NCBI GenBank assembly: GCA_043823065.1
Contig: JBDRBB010000001.1
Location: forward strand, 96,001 to 160,000
DNA from: Pseudomonadota bacterium
Lineage (GTDB): Bacteria > UBA10199 > 2-02-FULL-44-16 > DYJF01
DNA: 64,000 bases
Direction of reading: 5' to 3'
Positions 40,682 through 50,339 of the stretch are shown piece after piece (positions within the stretch are counted from its first letter, which is position 1; each line of letters begins with the position of its first letter). Both the position numbers and the translations under genes were made by a program. Under the pieces are notes generated by a model. It was not told where the DNA came from. It saw only the letters and a list, made by a program, of their open reading frames with translations, and did not search any database.

Positions 40682-40814
40682 GTTATTCCCGTGAAGGCGG
40701 GAATCTAAATGCTGGATCCCCGCTTTCGCGGGGATGACAAACTTCGCGGGGATGACAAACTTCGCGGGGATGACAAACTTCGCGGGGATGAGAAACTTTG
40801 CGAGGATGACAAAA
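40682..40814. repeat. REP inverted pair followed by a tandem 18-bp array
   Basis: GTTATTCCCGTGAAGGCGGGAATC / GATCCCCGCTTTCGCGGGGATGAC; five units of TTCGCGGGGATGACAAAC at 40725-40814, the last two degenerate. Confidence 0.9.
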
Positions 40815-40826
40815 CAAAGGCAATAA

Positions 40827-41342
40827 ATGAAAAAAATAGAAATCCTTTATACAGAAGACCAAATTAAACAGCGGGTTAAAGAATTGGGCGCTCAAATTAC
40901 CAAAGATTATGCGGGTAAAGATTTAGTGGTGGTTGGAGTGCTTAAAGGGTCGTTTATTTTTATGTCAGATTTGGTGCGTCATATAAACCTGCCTTTGCGC
41001 TGCGATTTTTTGCGTGTTTCCAGTTATGAAAAAAATAAAAGGACCAACACTATTCGTATGGATTTTGATATGACTCAACCTGTGAATGGCCAAGATGTTT
41101 TGTTGGTGGAAGATATTGTGGATTCAGGAAACACTTTGCGTCATCTTTTAAAACACATGCAGGCCAAACAGCCCAAGAGTGTTAAAGTGGCCAGCTTGCT
41201 TTATAAAGAACTTGGTTTGGGCAATAAAGAATTTGTAAATTATATTGGTTTTGAAACCCCTAATAAGTTTGTGCTTGGCTATGGTTTAGATGACGAAGGT
41301 CTTTATCGCTCTTTACCATATATTGGGTTTGCTAAGGAGTAA
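40827..41342 (+). CDS. hpt: Hypoxanthine phosphoribosyltransferase
   Basis: GVLKGSFIF, VSSY, VEDIVDSG, FVLGYGLD. Confidence 0.96.
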   Translation: MKKIEILYTEDQIKQRVKELGAQITKDYAGKDLVVVGVLKGSFIFMSDLVRHINLPLRCDFLRVSSYEKNKRTNTIRMDFDMTQPVNGQDVLLVEDIVDSGNTLRHLLKHMQAKQPKSVKVASLLYKELGLGNKEFVNYIGFETPNKFVLGYGLDDEGLYRSLPYIGFAKE

Positions 41343-41348
41343 TCTAAC

Positions 41349-42020
41349 GTGAAAATCGCAAAAACTGCTTTTAGGTTTTTTTTTCGTTTAAATTTATTAG
41401 AACTCACCGGGATAAATGCTAGAACCATACCCGAACTTTTGGAGCACATTAAAACAATTGATGACGCATGTATTTTTCAGCACACTCATCATTTTATTCA
41501 AAGACATCAATATTTGTCACCAGAGCCACCAAACGATTTTTCCTATTGGGTTTCAGAAGCTATTGGAGCTAGAATGTTGGGAGAAGAATTAGCCAGCATT
41601 GATATTATGGGTTATAGCAATTTGAAAGCCATAAGAAAGGCTATAATAAAGACATTGGAAAAAGCGATTAAAAAAAGTGCCAGGTTAAGAGAGAGCACAG
41701 CTCCTGAAGGAGAGGAATTTAATTTTTTAAGGTCAATTAGTTTTGTATTCCCCACTGAATATGAGGCCAAAAACCTTCAGGAATTTTCTGATAGTTTGTC
41801 TAAAGTCAGTATCAGTTCAATTTATTACCATTTATTTGAAGCTAGATTGCGTTTAAAAAAGCAAACCAATGATTTTTCCAATTGGTTTGTAAATGCTTTG
41901 CAAGAAAATGAAATTGCGGCAAAGGTTGCTCAATTAGACCCATATACGCAAACAGGCGAAGGAATTCGCAAACATATTTTAAAATTAGTAGATGCTAAAA
42001 TAGCTAGGGATAATGGATGA
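41349..42020 (+). CDS. DUF5752-like protein (internal duplication)
   Basis: Two repeats of IF/IY.H...NDFS.W; sits upstream of treT as usual for this family. Confidence 0.75.
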   Translation: MKIAKTAFRFFFRLNLLELTGINARTIPELLEHIKTIDDACIFQHTHHFIQRHQYLSPEPPNDFSYWVSEAIGARMLGEELASIDIMGYSNLKAIRKAIIKTLEKAIKKSARLRESTAPEGEEFNFLRSISFVFPTEYEAKNLQEFSDSLSKVSISSIYYHLFEARLRLKKQTNDFSNWFVNALQENEIAAKVAQLDPYTQTGEGIRKHILKLVDAKIARDNG

Positions 42021-43239
42021 TATGGCTAATTTGAATGAATATGAGCCAATAGTTGGTTTTTCGATAATTGAAGAACTAAAACTTTTGGCTGCTTATTTAC
42101 AGGGTAAAAGTATTCAAAATATTAATTCCACTGCAGTAGGTGGAGGTGTTGCTGAAATTTTAAATCGCATGATCCCTTTGCTAAAGGAATTAAAGGTAAA
42201 TGCCAGATGGGATGTAATTAAAGGGGGTGAACAATTTTTTGGTGTTACCAAAAAAATTCATAATGCTTTGCATGGATCTAGAGAAAAAATAACTGGAGAT
42301 ATGTGGGATGTGTTTCGTCAAACCGGCGAACAAAATTCTGCTGATTTAGCTTGTGACGCTGATATTGTTTTTGTGCATGACCCCCAGCCAATTACTTTAA
42401 TTCAGCAAAAAGAAACACGTGGCAATAAGTGGATTTGGCGCTGTCATGTAGATGTTTCGCATGCCCAGGAGAAAATTTGGGATATTTTAAAAAAATATAT
42501 AGTTAGATACGATTCTGCGATTTTTTCCGCGCCGCAATTTTCCAAGCAGCTTCCTATTCGGCAATTTTTAATTTCACCATCTATTGATCCTTTAAGTGAT
42601 AAAAACAAAGACCTGCCTGAAGGAGAAGTGGAAAAAGTTTTGCTTCACTACAATATTAAAAGCGATAAACCTATTGTTTCTCAAATTTCGCGTTTTGATT
42701 ATTTAAAAGATCCAATAGGTGTGATTGATGTTTATCGTTTGGTAAAACGCTACATTGATTGCCAATTAATATTGGCTGGCGGCGGAGCTACTGATGATCC
42801 TGAAGCAGAAACTGTATTACTTAAAGTGCGGGAAAAAGCAGCAGATGATCCAGATATTCATATCTTGGCTATGTCTCAAAACGATATCCATGTAAATGCT
42901 TTGCAGCGCGCCTCTACTGTAATTTTGCAAAAATCACTTCGTGAAGGTTTTGGTCTTACCGTTACTGAAGCTCTTTGGAAGGGTAAACCTGTTGTAGCTT
43001 CAGCTGTGGGTGGTATTCCTTTGCAGATCAAACATAAATATCATGGTATGTTGTGTCACAGCATTGAAGGAGCAGCTTATGCTGTAAAACAAATGTTGTT
43101 AAACCCGGATTATGCCGGAAATTTGGGTAAAAACGGCAAAGAGCATGTGCGCCAGAATTTCTTGTTAACCAGGCATCTGAAAGAATATATGCTTTTATTT
43201 TTGTCTCTTTTTGATGGCAAAGATGTTATTTATTTTTAA
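42013..43239 (+). CDS. treT: Trehalose glycosyltransferring synthase (GT4)
   Basis: NSTAVGGGVAEIL, HDPQP, WRCHVD, SRFD..KD, EGFGLTVTEALWK. Confidence 0.9.
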   Translation: MDDMANLNEYEPIVGFSIIEELKLLAAYLQGKSIQNINSTAVGGGVAEILNRMIPLLKELKVNARWDVIKGGEQFFGVTKKIHNALHGSREKITGDMWDVFRQTGEQNSADLACDADIVFVHDPQPITLIQQKETRGNKWIWRCHVDVSHAQEKIWDILKKYIVRYDSAIFSAPQFSKQLPIRQFLISPSIDPLSDKNKDLPEGEVEKVLLHYNIKSDKPIVSQISRFDYLKDPIGVIDVYRLVKRYIDCQLILAGGGATDDPEAETVLLKVREKAADDPDIHILAMSQNDIHVNALQRASTVILQKSLREGFGLTVTEALWKGKPVVASAVGGIPLQIKHKYHGMLCHSIEGAAYAVKQMLLNPDYAGNLGKNGKEHVRQNFLLTRHLKEYMLLFLSLFDGKDVIYF

Positions 43240-44225
43240 TTGTCATCTGCCAAGTTGATTTCAATTGTATCGTTTTGAACGTGAATTAATTCCTCAAGAG
43301 CATAATCATTATCCAGCCAGCCACTTTCAGTTAAATAAGTGTCAACCCCAGCTTCGATTAATCTTTCAATGACTTCGTCATGAGGATGGCCATAGTCATT
43401 ATCATCTCCCACTGAAAGAATGGCAATTTCTGGAGTTACAGTATTAATGAATTCCTGATTAGTGCTGGTTTTGCTGCCATGATGAGCCACGCGAAGCAAA
43501 TCAACATCTCCAGCCAAATAGCCAATTTCAGTTTCCAAATCTACAGTTTCATAAGGTGGATCGCCGCCACCGCCGGTAATATCAGCTTCGTGTAAATAAT
43601 TAAAATCATCTTGTTCTAAGAGTAAAACAATACTGGCGCTATTTTCGTCAAAATTTTCGTGAGCGGACATTTGTGTTCCATTGCTAAGTTCACCGCCTGC
43701 TGCCAGCACAGCCACTGTAGCCTGCCCAAGATTAAAGCGCTCGCCCGCATAGGTAGGGCGGCGCAAATTGGCTGTGACTTCCAAATATTCATCATAAATA
43801 GGTCCTGCATAACTACCTCCATGATCTAAAATGCCATTGAATGGAATGATATCATCTGAAGTTCCTAAAATTTGATCCGGGCCTTTGATTACTTCAGCAA
43901 TGCCGCCAATGTGATCTTCATGATAGTGGGTGGCCACAATGTATTCTAATTTATCGATATTGTGCTCTTGCATATATGGCAGAACAACGCTCTGGCCCTT
44001 GCCAGGCAAGCCTGCGTCAATGAGCATGGTTTCACCTGCAGAGGTGATAAGCGTGGCATCGCCTTGGCCAACATTAAGAAAAGCAAATTTTAAATTGGTT
44101 TCAGTGGATAAATTGGGCTGATTTGATCTGCTTGAACCAGATTGTTCCGTTCTTCCTTTATATTGTCCCAGGTTGGCGCACGCACTAAGTAGGATTATTA
44201 AGCTGATGCCTAAAAAATATCTCAT
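43236..44225 (-). CDS. ComEC/Rec2-like metallo-beta-lactamase-fold lipoprotein
   Basis: Lipobox LSAC, NVGQGDA, THYHEDH, HHGS, YGHPH; start moved to MRYF. Confidence 0.88.
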   Translation of the reverse strand: MRYFLGISLIILLSACANLGQYKGRTEQSGSSRSNQPNLSTETNLKFAFLNVGQGDATLITSAGETMLIDAGLPGKGQSVVLPYMQEHNIDKLEYIVATHYHEDHIGGIAEVIKGPDQILGTSDDIIPFNGILDHGGSYAGPIYDEYLEVTANLRRPTYAGERFNLGQATVAVLAAGGELSNGTQMSAHENFDENSASIVLLLEQDDFNYLHEADITGGGGDPPYETVDLETEIGYLAGDVDLLRVAHHGSKTSTNQEFINTVTPEIAILSVGDDNDYGHPHDEVIERLIEAGVDTYLTESGWLDNDYALEELIHVQNDTIEINLADDN

Positions 44226-44393
44226 GCTGAATTGCTTATGCCAAATCCATGCCAAAACTTTTTTGCTATTATTACGCTGAAATAGGGCGCGAGAAAATTT
44301 ACAACTGCAGCATTTTCGTCACCTTTGTCCAAAAATACTACACTAAAATTGAATCTTTCTGCTTAAAACATTTAAAAAACAACAAACGTATCA

Positions 44394-44409
44394 TGGCACG
44401 TCCTTTGCT
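44394..44409 (+). promoter_or_regulatory. sigma54 (-24/-12) promoter
   Basis: TGGCAC-GTCCT-TTGCT, perfect consensus, upstream of GGAGGAG RBS and ATG 44462. Confidence 0.8.
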
Positions 44410-44461
44410 AAGTGAGAAAAGTCGACCGAGAGCTATCAGTTTCTAACCTAAGGGAGGAGTT

Positions 44462-45541
44462 ATGAGGAATTTATTAATTCTTGTTGTAATGTTTCACTTA
44501 GTAGCATGTGGACCAGCACTTACCAGTTCAAGATTAGATTCCTTGCTAACTAAACAGCCGCAGGTTTTGCTTACCCAACCAACAAATAACCAGGTAGTGG
44601 CGCCTAATACAAAAATAATCGCCTTGTTTTCCCAGGCAATTGATCCAGCTTCAGTTAGTCAGCAGAATTTTGCTGTGCTTAAAATGCCAGATCAGGAATT
44701 AGATATTAATGATATTGTCGATGACTTGGAAGATAGGGATATTGCAGGGCTTGATGGTGCATATGATTTTGCAGAAGATCACAAACAGGTAATATTTAAG
44801 CCAGCAGATCTTTTGGAATCTGGCGAATATTTAATTGTAATTACTCCTGAAATTACTACCTTGGCCGCAATACCCTTAAATCAGCAGCCTGGTGAAGCGC
44901 CAACTGCATATTGGGGAAGTTTTCAGGTTAACGCGGAATCTGCAATAGCGCAAAATGCCGAAGGGGAGGCAAGTTTAGAAAATGAAGAAGCTGAACAGTC
45001 TGAAGCACAAGATGTAGTTAGAATTCGGCCTTCATTTTTAATCTTGAATGAAATTTTATACGATGCTGCAGGGGATGAAACAGATGGTCACCTTTTTGTG
45101 GAGCTTTTGGGTGAACCAGGCACAGACATTAGCAACTTTAGCATTGTTTTTATAAATGGAGCAAATGGTGCAGAAACTGAAAATATAAATATTCCCGAGG
45201 ATAGCATAATTCCAGAGGACGGAATTTTTTTAATTGCTGATACTAGAACAGGCGCCCCTGACCAAACTAATGTTGCTGAAGCTGATTTATTAGATAATTT
45301 TGATCCGCAAAATGGTCCTGATTGTGTGCAGCTATTAGATCACAACCATGTTTTGTTAGATAGTGTTGGCTATGGAACTCCATTATCAGAAACAGCAGAA
45401 AATGATCTAGCTTGTTTTGAAACCTTGCCAACAGAAGATGCCAGCGCTGGCCAAAGTATTTCGCGCATATCAGGTGTTGACACAGATAATAATGCAAATG
45501 ACTTTATAGTTTTTTTGGAACCAACACCTGGTATTGAATAA
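44462..45541 (+). CDS. Acidic lipoprotein with Ig-like (Big_5-type) and lamin-tail-like domains
   Basis: Lipobox LVAC; FSQAIDPASV; LNEILYD..G.....FVEL, DSVGYG, DTDNNANDF...TPG. Confidence 0.8.
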   Translation: MRNLLILVVMFHLVACGPALTSSRLDSLLTKQPQVLLTQPTNNQVVAPNTKIIALFSQAIDPASVSQQNFAVLKMPDQELDINDIVDDLEDRDIAGLDGAYDFAEDHKQVIFKPADLLESGEYLIVITPEITTLAAIPLNQQPGEAPTAYWGSFQVNAESAIAQNAEGEASLENEEAEQSEAQDVVRIRPSFLILNEILYDAAGDETDGHLFVELLGEPGTDISNFSIVFINGANGAETENINIPEDSIIPEDGIFLIADTRTGAPDQTNVAEADLLDNFDPQNGPDCVQLLDHNHVLLDSVGYGTPLSETAENDLACFETLPTEDASAGQSISRISGVDTDNNANDFIVFLEPTPGIE

Positions 45542-45622
45542 AAATTCTGTTAAAAATTCTTGCCATTTTTGAATAGCCTGTTTAGGGTAGGTTTTTATTA
45601 TTTTAAAAATAAAGGGGGCGTT

Positions 45623-46069
45623 ATGACACAAAATGATTTTGATGGAGTAAAAAGGGTAATTGACCGATACCTTAGCGCTTATGAAGAAAGAAATCTTGAC
45701 GCTGTGGAAGCTACAATTGCACACGATAAAGCAGTTTTAGGTATTGGTACTGATGAAGGAGAATTTTGGAAAGGCTGGACCGAAATTAAATCAGCTAAAG
45801 AGAAACAATTAGCAGCCATTACTGAGACAACCCTGAATCGCGGTCACACTGAGATCAGCTTTGCTCAATGTGGTAAAGTGGCTTGGTTTGCCGAAGAGTT
45901 AAGTGGTGATTTTTGGGTTCAAGGAAATAAAACTACCTGTCATTTGAGGTTTACTGGTGTTTTGGAAAAAAGAGATAATAAATGGGTAATTGTCCAGTTT
46001 CATCGTTCCATGCCAGTTAAAGGATTTGCAGTGCCATATTTGGAAACCCATGGCGTTAGGTTTGATTAA
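45623..46069 (+). CDS. SnoaL/NTF2-like protein
   Basis: GIGTD..E.W.GW, RFTGVLEKRDNKWVIVQFH; start behind an AGGGGG RBS. Confidence 0.82.
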   Translation: MTQNDFDGVKRVIDRYLSAYEERNLDAVEATIAHDKAVLGIGTDEGEFWKGWTEIKSAKEKQLAAITETTLNRGHTEISFAQCGKVAWFAEELSGDFWVQGNKTTCHLRFTGVLEKRDNKWVIVQFHRSMPVKGFAVPYLETHGVRFD

Positions 46070-46097
46070 TTAATCATTTTTCGGGGAGGAAAAAAAT

Positions 46098-48128
46098 ATG
46101 AGTCAACACACACCCTATGTACCAGAAAAATCCAAGATGAGAGAATTCACCTTTCGAGCGCTTTTTCTTGGTGTAGTAATGGCCGTAATTTTGGGCGCGG
46201 CCAATGCCTACTTAGGTTTGAAAGCAGGTATGACTGTAGCTGCAACTTTTCCCGCAGCTATTGTAGCCATGGCTGTTTTACGCATTTTTAAAGGAACAAT
46301 ATTGGAAGAAAATATTGCTCGTACTACGGCAAGTGTTGGCGAAGCTTTGGTGGCAGGTGCAATATTTACTATCCCAGCTTTTGTTATTGCCAAAATTTGG
46401 CTAGAGTTTGGCACAATGGTTCATTACCTTGAAGCTACCGCAATTATGATTGTGGGTGGTACTATTGGTGTGCTTTTTGTTACATTACTTAGAAGAACCA
46501 TGGTGGAAGAAGCCAGCTTGCCATTTCCAGAATCTGTGGCAGCAGCAGAAATTCATAAAGCTGGACGCACAGGCGGAACTGGTGCTGTCTATCTGTTTGG
46601 AGCCATGGTCTTTGGCGCTTTGGTTCAGTTCTTGGCCAAACTTAATTTTTTCCTTCCTGTTTGGGAAAAATTTATTCCATTTTCCAAGAGCGCAGTCAAT
46701 TTTGTAACCAGCCGCAATAATATGATTACCCAAGTTCCTGGTGGCGGAGGCATGATTGTTTCCACCCCAGCAGTAAGTCCTGCTTATTTTGGTGTAGGTT
46801 ATATTATTGGCCCAAGACTAGCGGCCATTAACTTTGCTGGTGGTGTATTAGGTTGGGGTTTGTTTATTCCACTTCTTCTATATTTTAATGCGCCTGAATT
46901 GGAATCTGTGTTGCAAACCATGCCAGATGGGGATGGCTCTTCTCCAGTAACCTGGACTACTTTGGCTTTTGCTGCCTGGAAGTATATGGTTCGTCCAGTG
47001 GCAGTTGGCGGCATGATTGTGGGCGCTGTCAATACTCTTTATAATATGAGGAAACAGTTGTTTGGTGGTATTGTTCGTTCCATAACAGATGTTAAAAAAG
47101 CTGCGGAAAGTGGTGAGGCTCAACCTCGTTTACAAAAAGATATTAGCTTTAAGGTAATTTTTCCTTTGGTTGGCTTATTTCTAGTTTTCATGGCAGCAAT
47201 TTATTACTACTTCTGCGGTAGTTTCACAGGAGCTGTCGTTTCCGCAGTTGTGCTTTTAATTGCAGGTTTCTTTTTTGCCGCAGTAGCTGGTTATTTGGTT
47301 GGTTTAATTGGTTCGTCTTGTAACCCAATTTCAGGTTTAACTCTATCAACTTTAATTATTGCTGCTCTATTAATGGTTGCCATTGGGGTTACTGGTCAAG
47401 CAGGTATAGCAGCAGTTTTAGGTGTTGCTGCCGTTGTTTGCTGTGTTTGCGGTGTTGCTGGAGATATGATGCAGGATATGAAGGTCGGGCATATTTTAGG
47501 TGGAACGCCTTGGAAAATGGAATTGGGCGAGATTATCGGAGTTGTTGTTGCTGGTGCTGTGCTTTTTATTCCACTTTTAATATTACACCAGGGCGACATT
47601 AATATTGGTGGCGTAGGTTTTGGTGGAAAAGATTTACCAGCTCCGCAAGCAGGTTTAATGGCCATGCTTTCCAAAGGTATTGTTACTGGTCAGATGGCTT
47701 GGCCCTTGGTTGTTTCTGGTATGTTTATGTCCTTGGCTTTTATTTTATTAAAAGCTCCAAGTCCCATGCTAATTGCTGTAGGTATGTATTTGCCATTAGA
47801 AACCACTTTTGCCATTTTTGTTGGTGGTGTTTTTCGTTACGTAATTGATCAGTTGGTAATTCGTAAGGGCTTCAATGAAGCTCAAAGAATCAGGGTGGAA
47901 AACAATGGTGTGTTGTTGTCTTCAGGTTTAATTGCTGGTGAAGCTTTAATGGGTTTATTGATTGCTTCCTTAGCATTTTTTAATGTTGGTCTGCCCAGTA
48001 TTTTTGCTGAGCCAAAAGCTTGGGTTGGCTATGTTATATTATTCATTATAGGTTATTTATTGGTTAAAATTCCTTTAGCCAATGCCGGGAGAAAAAATGA
48101 CCCAGCACCGCCAAGCGCTATGGCCTAA
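46098..48128 (+). CDS. OPT-family oligopeptide transporter
   Basis: ANAYLGLKAG, LEENIART, LPFPE, NPISG, LPAPQA. Confidence 0.93.
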   Translation: MSQHTPYVPEKSKMREFTFRALFLGVVMAVILGAANAYLGLKAGMTVAATFPAAIVAMAVLRIFKGTILEENIARTTASVGEALVAGAIFTIPAFVIAKIWLEFGTMVHYLEATAIMIVGGTIGVLFVTLLRRTMVEEASLPFPESVAAAEIHKAGRTGGTGAVYLFGAMVFGALVQFLAKLNFFLPVWEKFIPFSKSAVNFVTSRNNMITQVPGGGGMIVSTPAVSPAYFGVGYIIGPRLAAINFAGGVLGWGLFIPLLLYFNAPELESVLQTMPDGDGSSPVTWTTLAFAAWKYMVRPVAVGGMIVGAVNTLYNMRKQLFGGIVRSITDVKKAAESGEAQPRLQKDISFKVIFPLVGLFLVFMAAIYYYFCGSFTGAVVSAVVLLIAGFFFAAVAGYLVGLIGSSCNPISGLTLSTLIIAALLMVAIGVTGQAGIAAVLGVAAVVCCVCGVAGDMMQDMKVGHILGGTPWKMELGEIIGVVVAGAVLFIPLLILHQGDINIGGVGFGGKDLPAPQAGLMAMLSKGIVTGQMAWPLVVSGMFMSLAFILLKAPSPMLIAVGMYLPLETTFAIFVGGVFRYVIDQLVIRKGFNEAQRIRVENNGVLLSSGLIAGEALMGLLIASLAFFNVGLPSIFAEPKAWVGYVILFIIGYLLVKIPLANAGRKNDPAPPSAMA

Positions 48129-48444
48129 AGAGGTTATTGTAAAACGTGTTTTGGAATGGGAAGACGGCCCTGAAAATAGGGCCGTCTTGCTCGTTCCCAG
48201 ATTTCGCAAAGGTTTTTTGGCCAAATGGCTGCAACCAAGGCTTAAAAGGCCACATATGCGTGTGAAATTAGATGATGTGGGCACCTTTGTTTGGCGCAAA
48301 TGCGATGGTCAGACCAATTATGCTTGTCTTTTAGATAGAATGCGCCAAGAGTTTGGCGAAAAAATTGAACCAGCTGAAGATCGCTTGCAACAATTCCTCA
48401 CCACCCTCTATAAAAGCAATTTTGTGGAGATGTTTAAGCCCTAA
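48097..48444 (+). CDS. PqqD-family (RRE) peptide-binding protein
   Basis: LDDVGTFVWRKCDGQ...FGEKIEPAEDRL..FL..L; GGAG RBS before ATG 48097. Confidence 0.8.
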   Translation: MTQHRQALWPKEVIVKRVLEWEDGPENRAVLLVPRFRKGFLAKWLQPRLKRPHMRVKLDDVGTFVWRKCDGQTNYACLLDRMRQEFGEKIEPAEDRLQQFLTTLYKSNFVEMFKP

Positions 48445-48491
48445 TTAATAGCATTGACGGCAAACTTTAGCTCTGTTAGAGCCCTGTCTGC

Positions 48492-49817
48492 ATGAAAAAT
48501 ACCCGTAAAACCTGCTATTTGCGCACATTTGGCTGCCAGATGAATGAGCATGATTCAGCCAAAATGCGTCTGATGTTGACTGATCTCGGCTACAATTTTG
48601 CAGACCAACCAGAAGGTGCAGATTTAATTTTATACAATACCTGCACTATTCGCGAAAAAGCCCATCAAAAAGCAGTAAGTGAATTAGGACGGGCCAAGTT
48701 TTATAAAGGGCAAAATCCAAATACTATTATTGGAATTTGTGGTTGTGTGGCTCAACAAGATGGCTTGCAGTTAGCCAGGCGTTTTCCCGAACTTGATTTA
48801 ATTTTTGGCCCAGATCAAATTGCTAAATTGCCAGAACTATTAGCTCAAATTTCTAAAGCAAGACCAGTGGCAGCCCTTGATTTGATCAATAGTCTTGAGG
48901 ATTATGACTTTCCTCTGGAAACTCCTAGCCAAGTTGAATCTGGCCATGCTTTTGTAACTATAATGAAGGGCTGTAACTGTGCTTGTAGTTATTGCATTGT
49001 GCCGAAAGTAAGGGGAAAAGAAGTTAGTCGGCAACCAGAAGAAGTTATCAAAGAAGTTCAAAATCTAGTAAAAAGTGGAACCAAAGAAATAACTTTATTA
49101 GGTCAGAACGTTACTGCTTACCAACAATCTGGTTTAAGTTTAGCAGGTTTAATTGCTGAAATTAGCCAGCAAACAGAGATCAAAAGAATAAGGTTTACTA
49201 GTCCGCATCCAAAAGATGTGAAACCAGATTTAATCGCTGAATATGGAAGAAATGAAAAATTGTGTCCGCATCTGCATCTGCCAATTCAATCAGCCAGCAA
49301 TGCCATGCTGAAAAAAATGATAAGGGGATATACCAGAGAAAAATATTTGGAAATTGTGGAAACCCTTAGAAGGGTCAGGCCAGATATTTCCATCACTTCA
49401 GATTTTATTGTTGGTTTTTGTAGTGAAACTGAAGCTGATTTTCAAGATACAATCAACTTATTAAAAGAAATTGAATTCGATTCGATTTTTGCTTTTAAAT
49501 ATTCAGTCCGCCCAGGAACATTTGCTGCGGAAAAATTTGCAGATGATGTGCCAGATCAAATTAAAGACAAACGTTTAGCTCAAGTTTTAGATCTGCAGCG
49601 CGAAATAACTAGACAGTCTAATGAAAGATTGGTTGGCCAAACTTTTTCAGCTCTGGTTACTGGTTTTGATCGTCAGAATACAGGTAAATTAACTGGCAGA
49701 TTGCCAAACAATAAAATTATAAATTTTACTGGAAAACCAGACTTGGTTGGGAGTATAATCACAGTTCATATTAAAAGAGCTTTGGCCAATTCTTTAGAAG
49801 GGAAATATGAGTCCTAA
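48492..49817 (+). CDS. miaB: tRNA methylthiotransferase
   Basis: TFGCQMNEHDS, NTCTIRE, GCNCACSYC, FTSPHP, TRAM domain. Confidence 0.96.
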   Translation: MKNTRKTCYLRTFGCQMNEHDSAKMRLMLTDLGYNFADQPEGADLILYNTCTIREKAHQKAVSELGRAKFYKGQNPNTIIGICGCVAQQDGLQLARRFPELDLIFGPDQIAKLPELLAQISKARPVAALDLINSLEDYDFPLETPSQVESGHAFVTIMKGCNCACSYCIVPKVRGKEVSRQPEEVIKEVQNLVKSGTKEITLLGQNVTAYQQSGLSLAGLIAEISQQTEIKRIRFTSPHPKDVKPDLIAEYGRNEKLCPHLHLPIQSASNAMLKKMIRGYTREKYLEIVETLRRVRPDISITSDFIVGFCSETEADFQDTINLLKEIEFDSIFAFKYSVRPGTFAAEKFADDVPDQIKDKRLAQVLDLQREITRQSNERLVGQTFSALVTGFDRQNTGKLTGRLPNNKIINFTGKPDLVGSIITVHIKRALANSLEGKYES

Positions 49818-50322
49818 AGACGAACCAATGATTCAAATGAAGGTAACAGGTCTTACTATAGATCCTTTTACCAGTATGCCCATTATTATTTTGAAAGATA
49901 TGGAAGAAAAAGCTGCTCTGCCAATTTGGATTGGTTTAATTGAAGCTTCAGCTATTGCCACAGAACTGGAAAACATCCATCTTTCCAGGCCTATGACCCA
50001 TGATTTGCTAAAGAATTTATTGCATTCTGTTAATATCAAGGTTGAACGAGTAACAGTGCATGATTTAGCAGACAATACTTTTTATGCCAGCATTGATCTA
50101 GATAATCACGGCACTAAAACAACTTTGGATTCGCGACCCTCAGATGCAATTGCCTTGGCCTTGAGAACCAAAGCTCCTATTTTTGTGGCTAGGAAAGTTG
50201 TGGAAAAGTCTCGTAGAATTGACTTAGTTACGGACACCTCAACTGCTGAAGAAAGCAAAAAGAAATGGACAGAGATTTTGGAAAATCTTTCTCCTGAAGA
50301 TTTTGGAAAATATAAAATGTAG
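49807..50322 (+). CDS. Bifunctional nuclease family (DUF151)
   Basis: LPIWIG..EA, RPMTHDL, DSRPSDAIALALR. Confidence 0.92.
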   Translation: MSPKDEPMIQMKVTGLTIDPFTSMPIIILKDMEEKAALPIWIGLIEASAIATELENIHLSRPMTHDLLKNLLHSVNIKVERVTVHDLADNTFYASIDLDNHGTKTTLDSRPSDAIALALRTKAPIFVARKVVEKSRRIDLVTDTSTAEESKKKWTEILENLSPEDFGKYKM

Positions 50323-50339
50323 GAAGAGACCCAAAACTG

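Noticed and set aside
40725..40814. Possible CRISPR array
   Set aside because: The 18-bp units are contiguous with no spacers, derive from the REP end, and no cas genes are in the window.
40683..40895. 70-aa ORF with CHPREV repeats
   Set aside because: It is the antisense translation of the REP tandem array and overlaps hpt.
48097..49817. RiPP cluster (PqqD plus radical SAM)
   Set aside because: The radical SAM protein is a typical MiaB with its own promoter, and no precursor peptide is visible.
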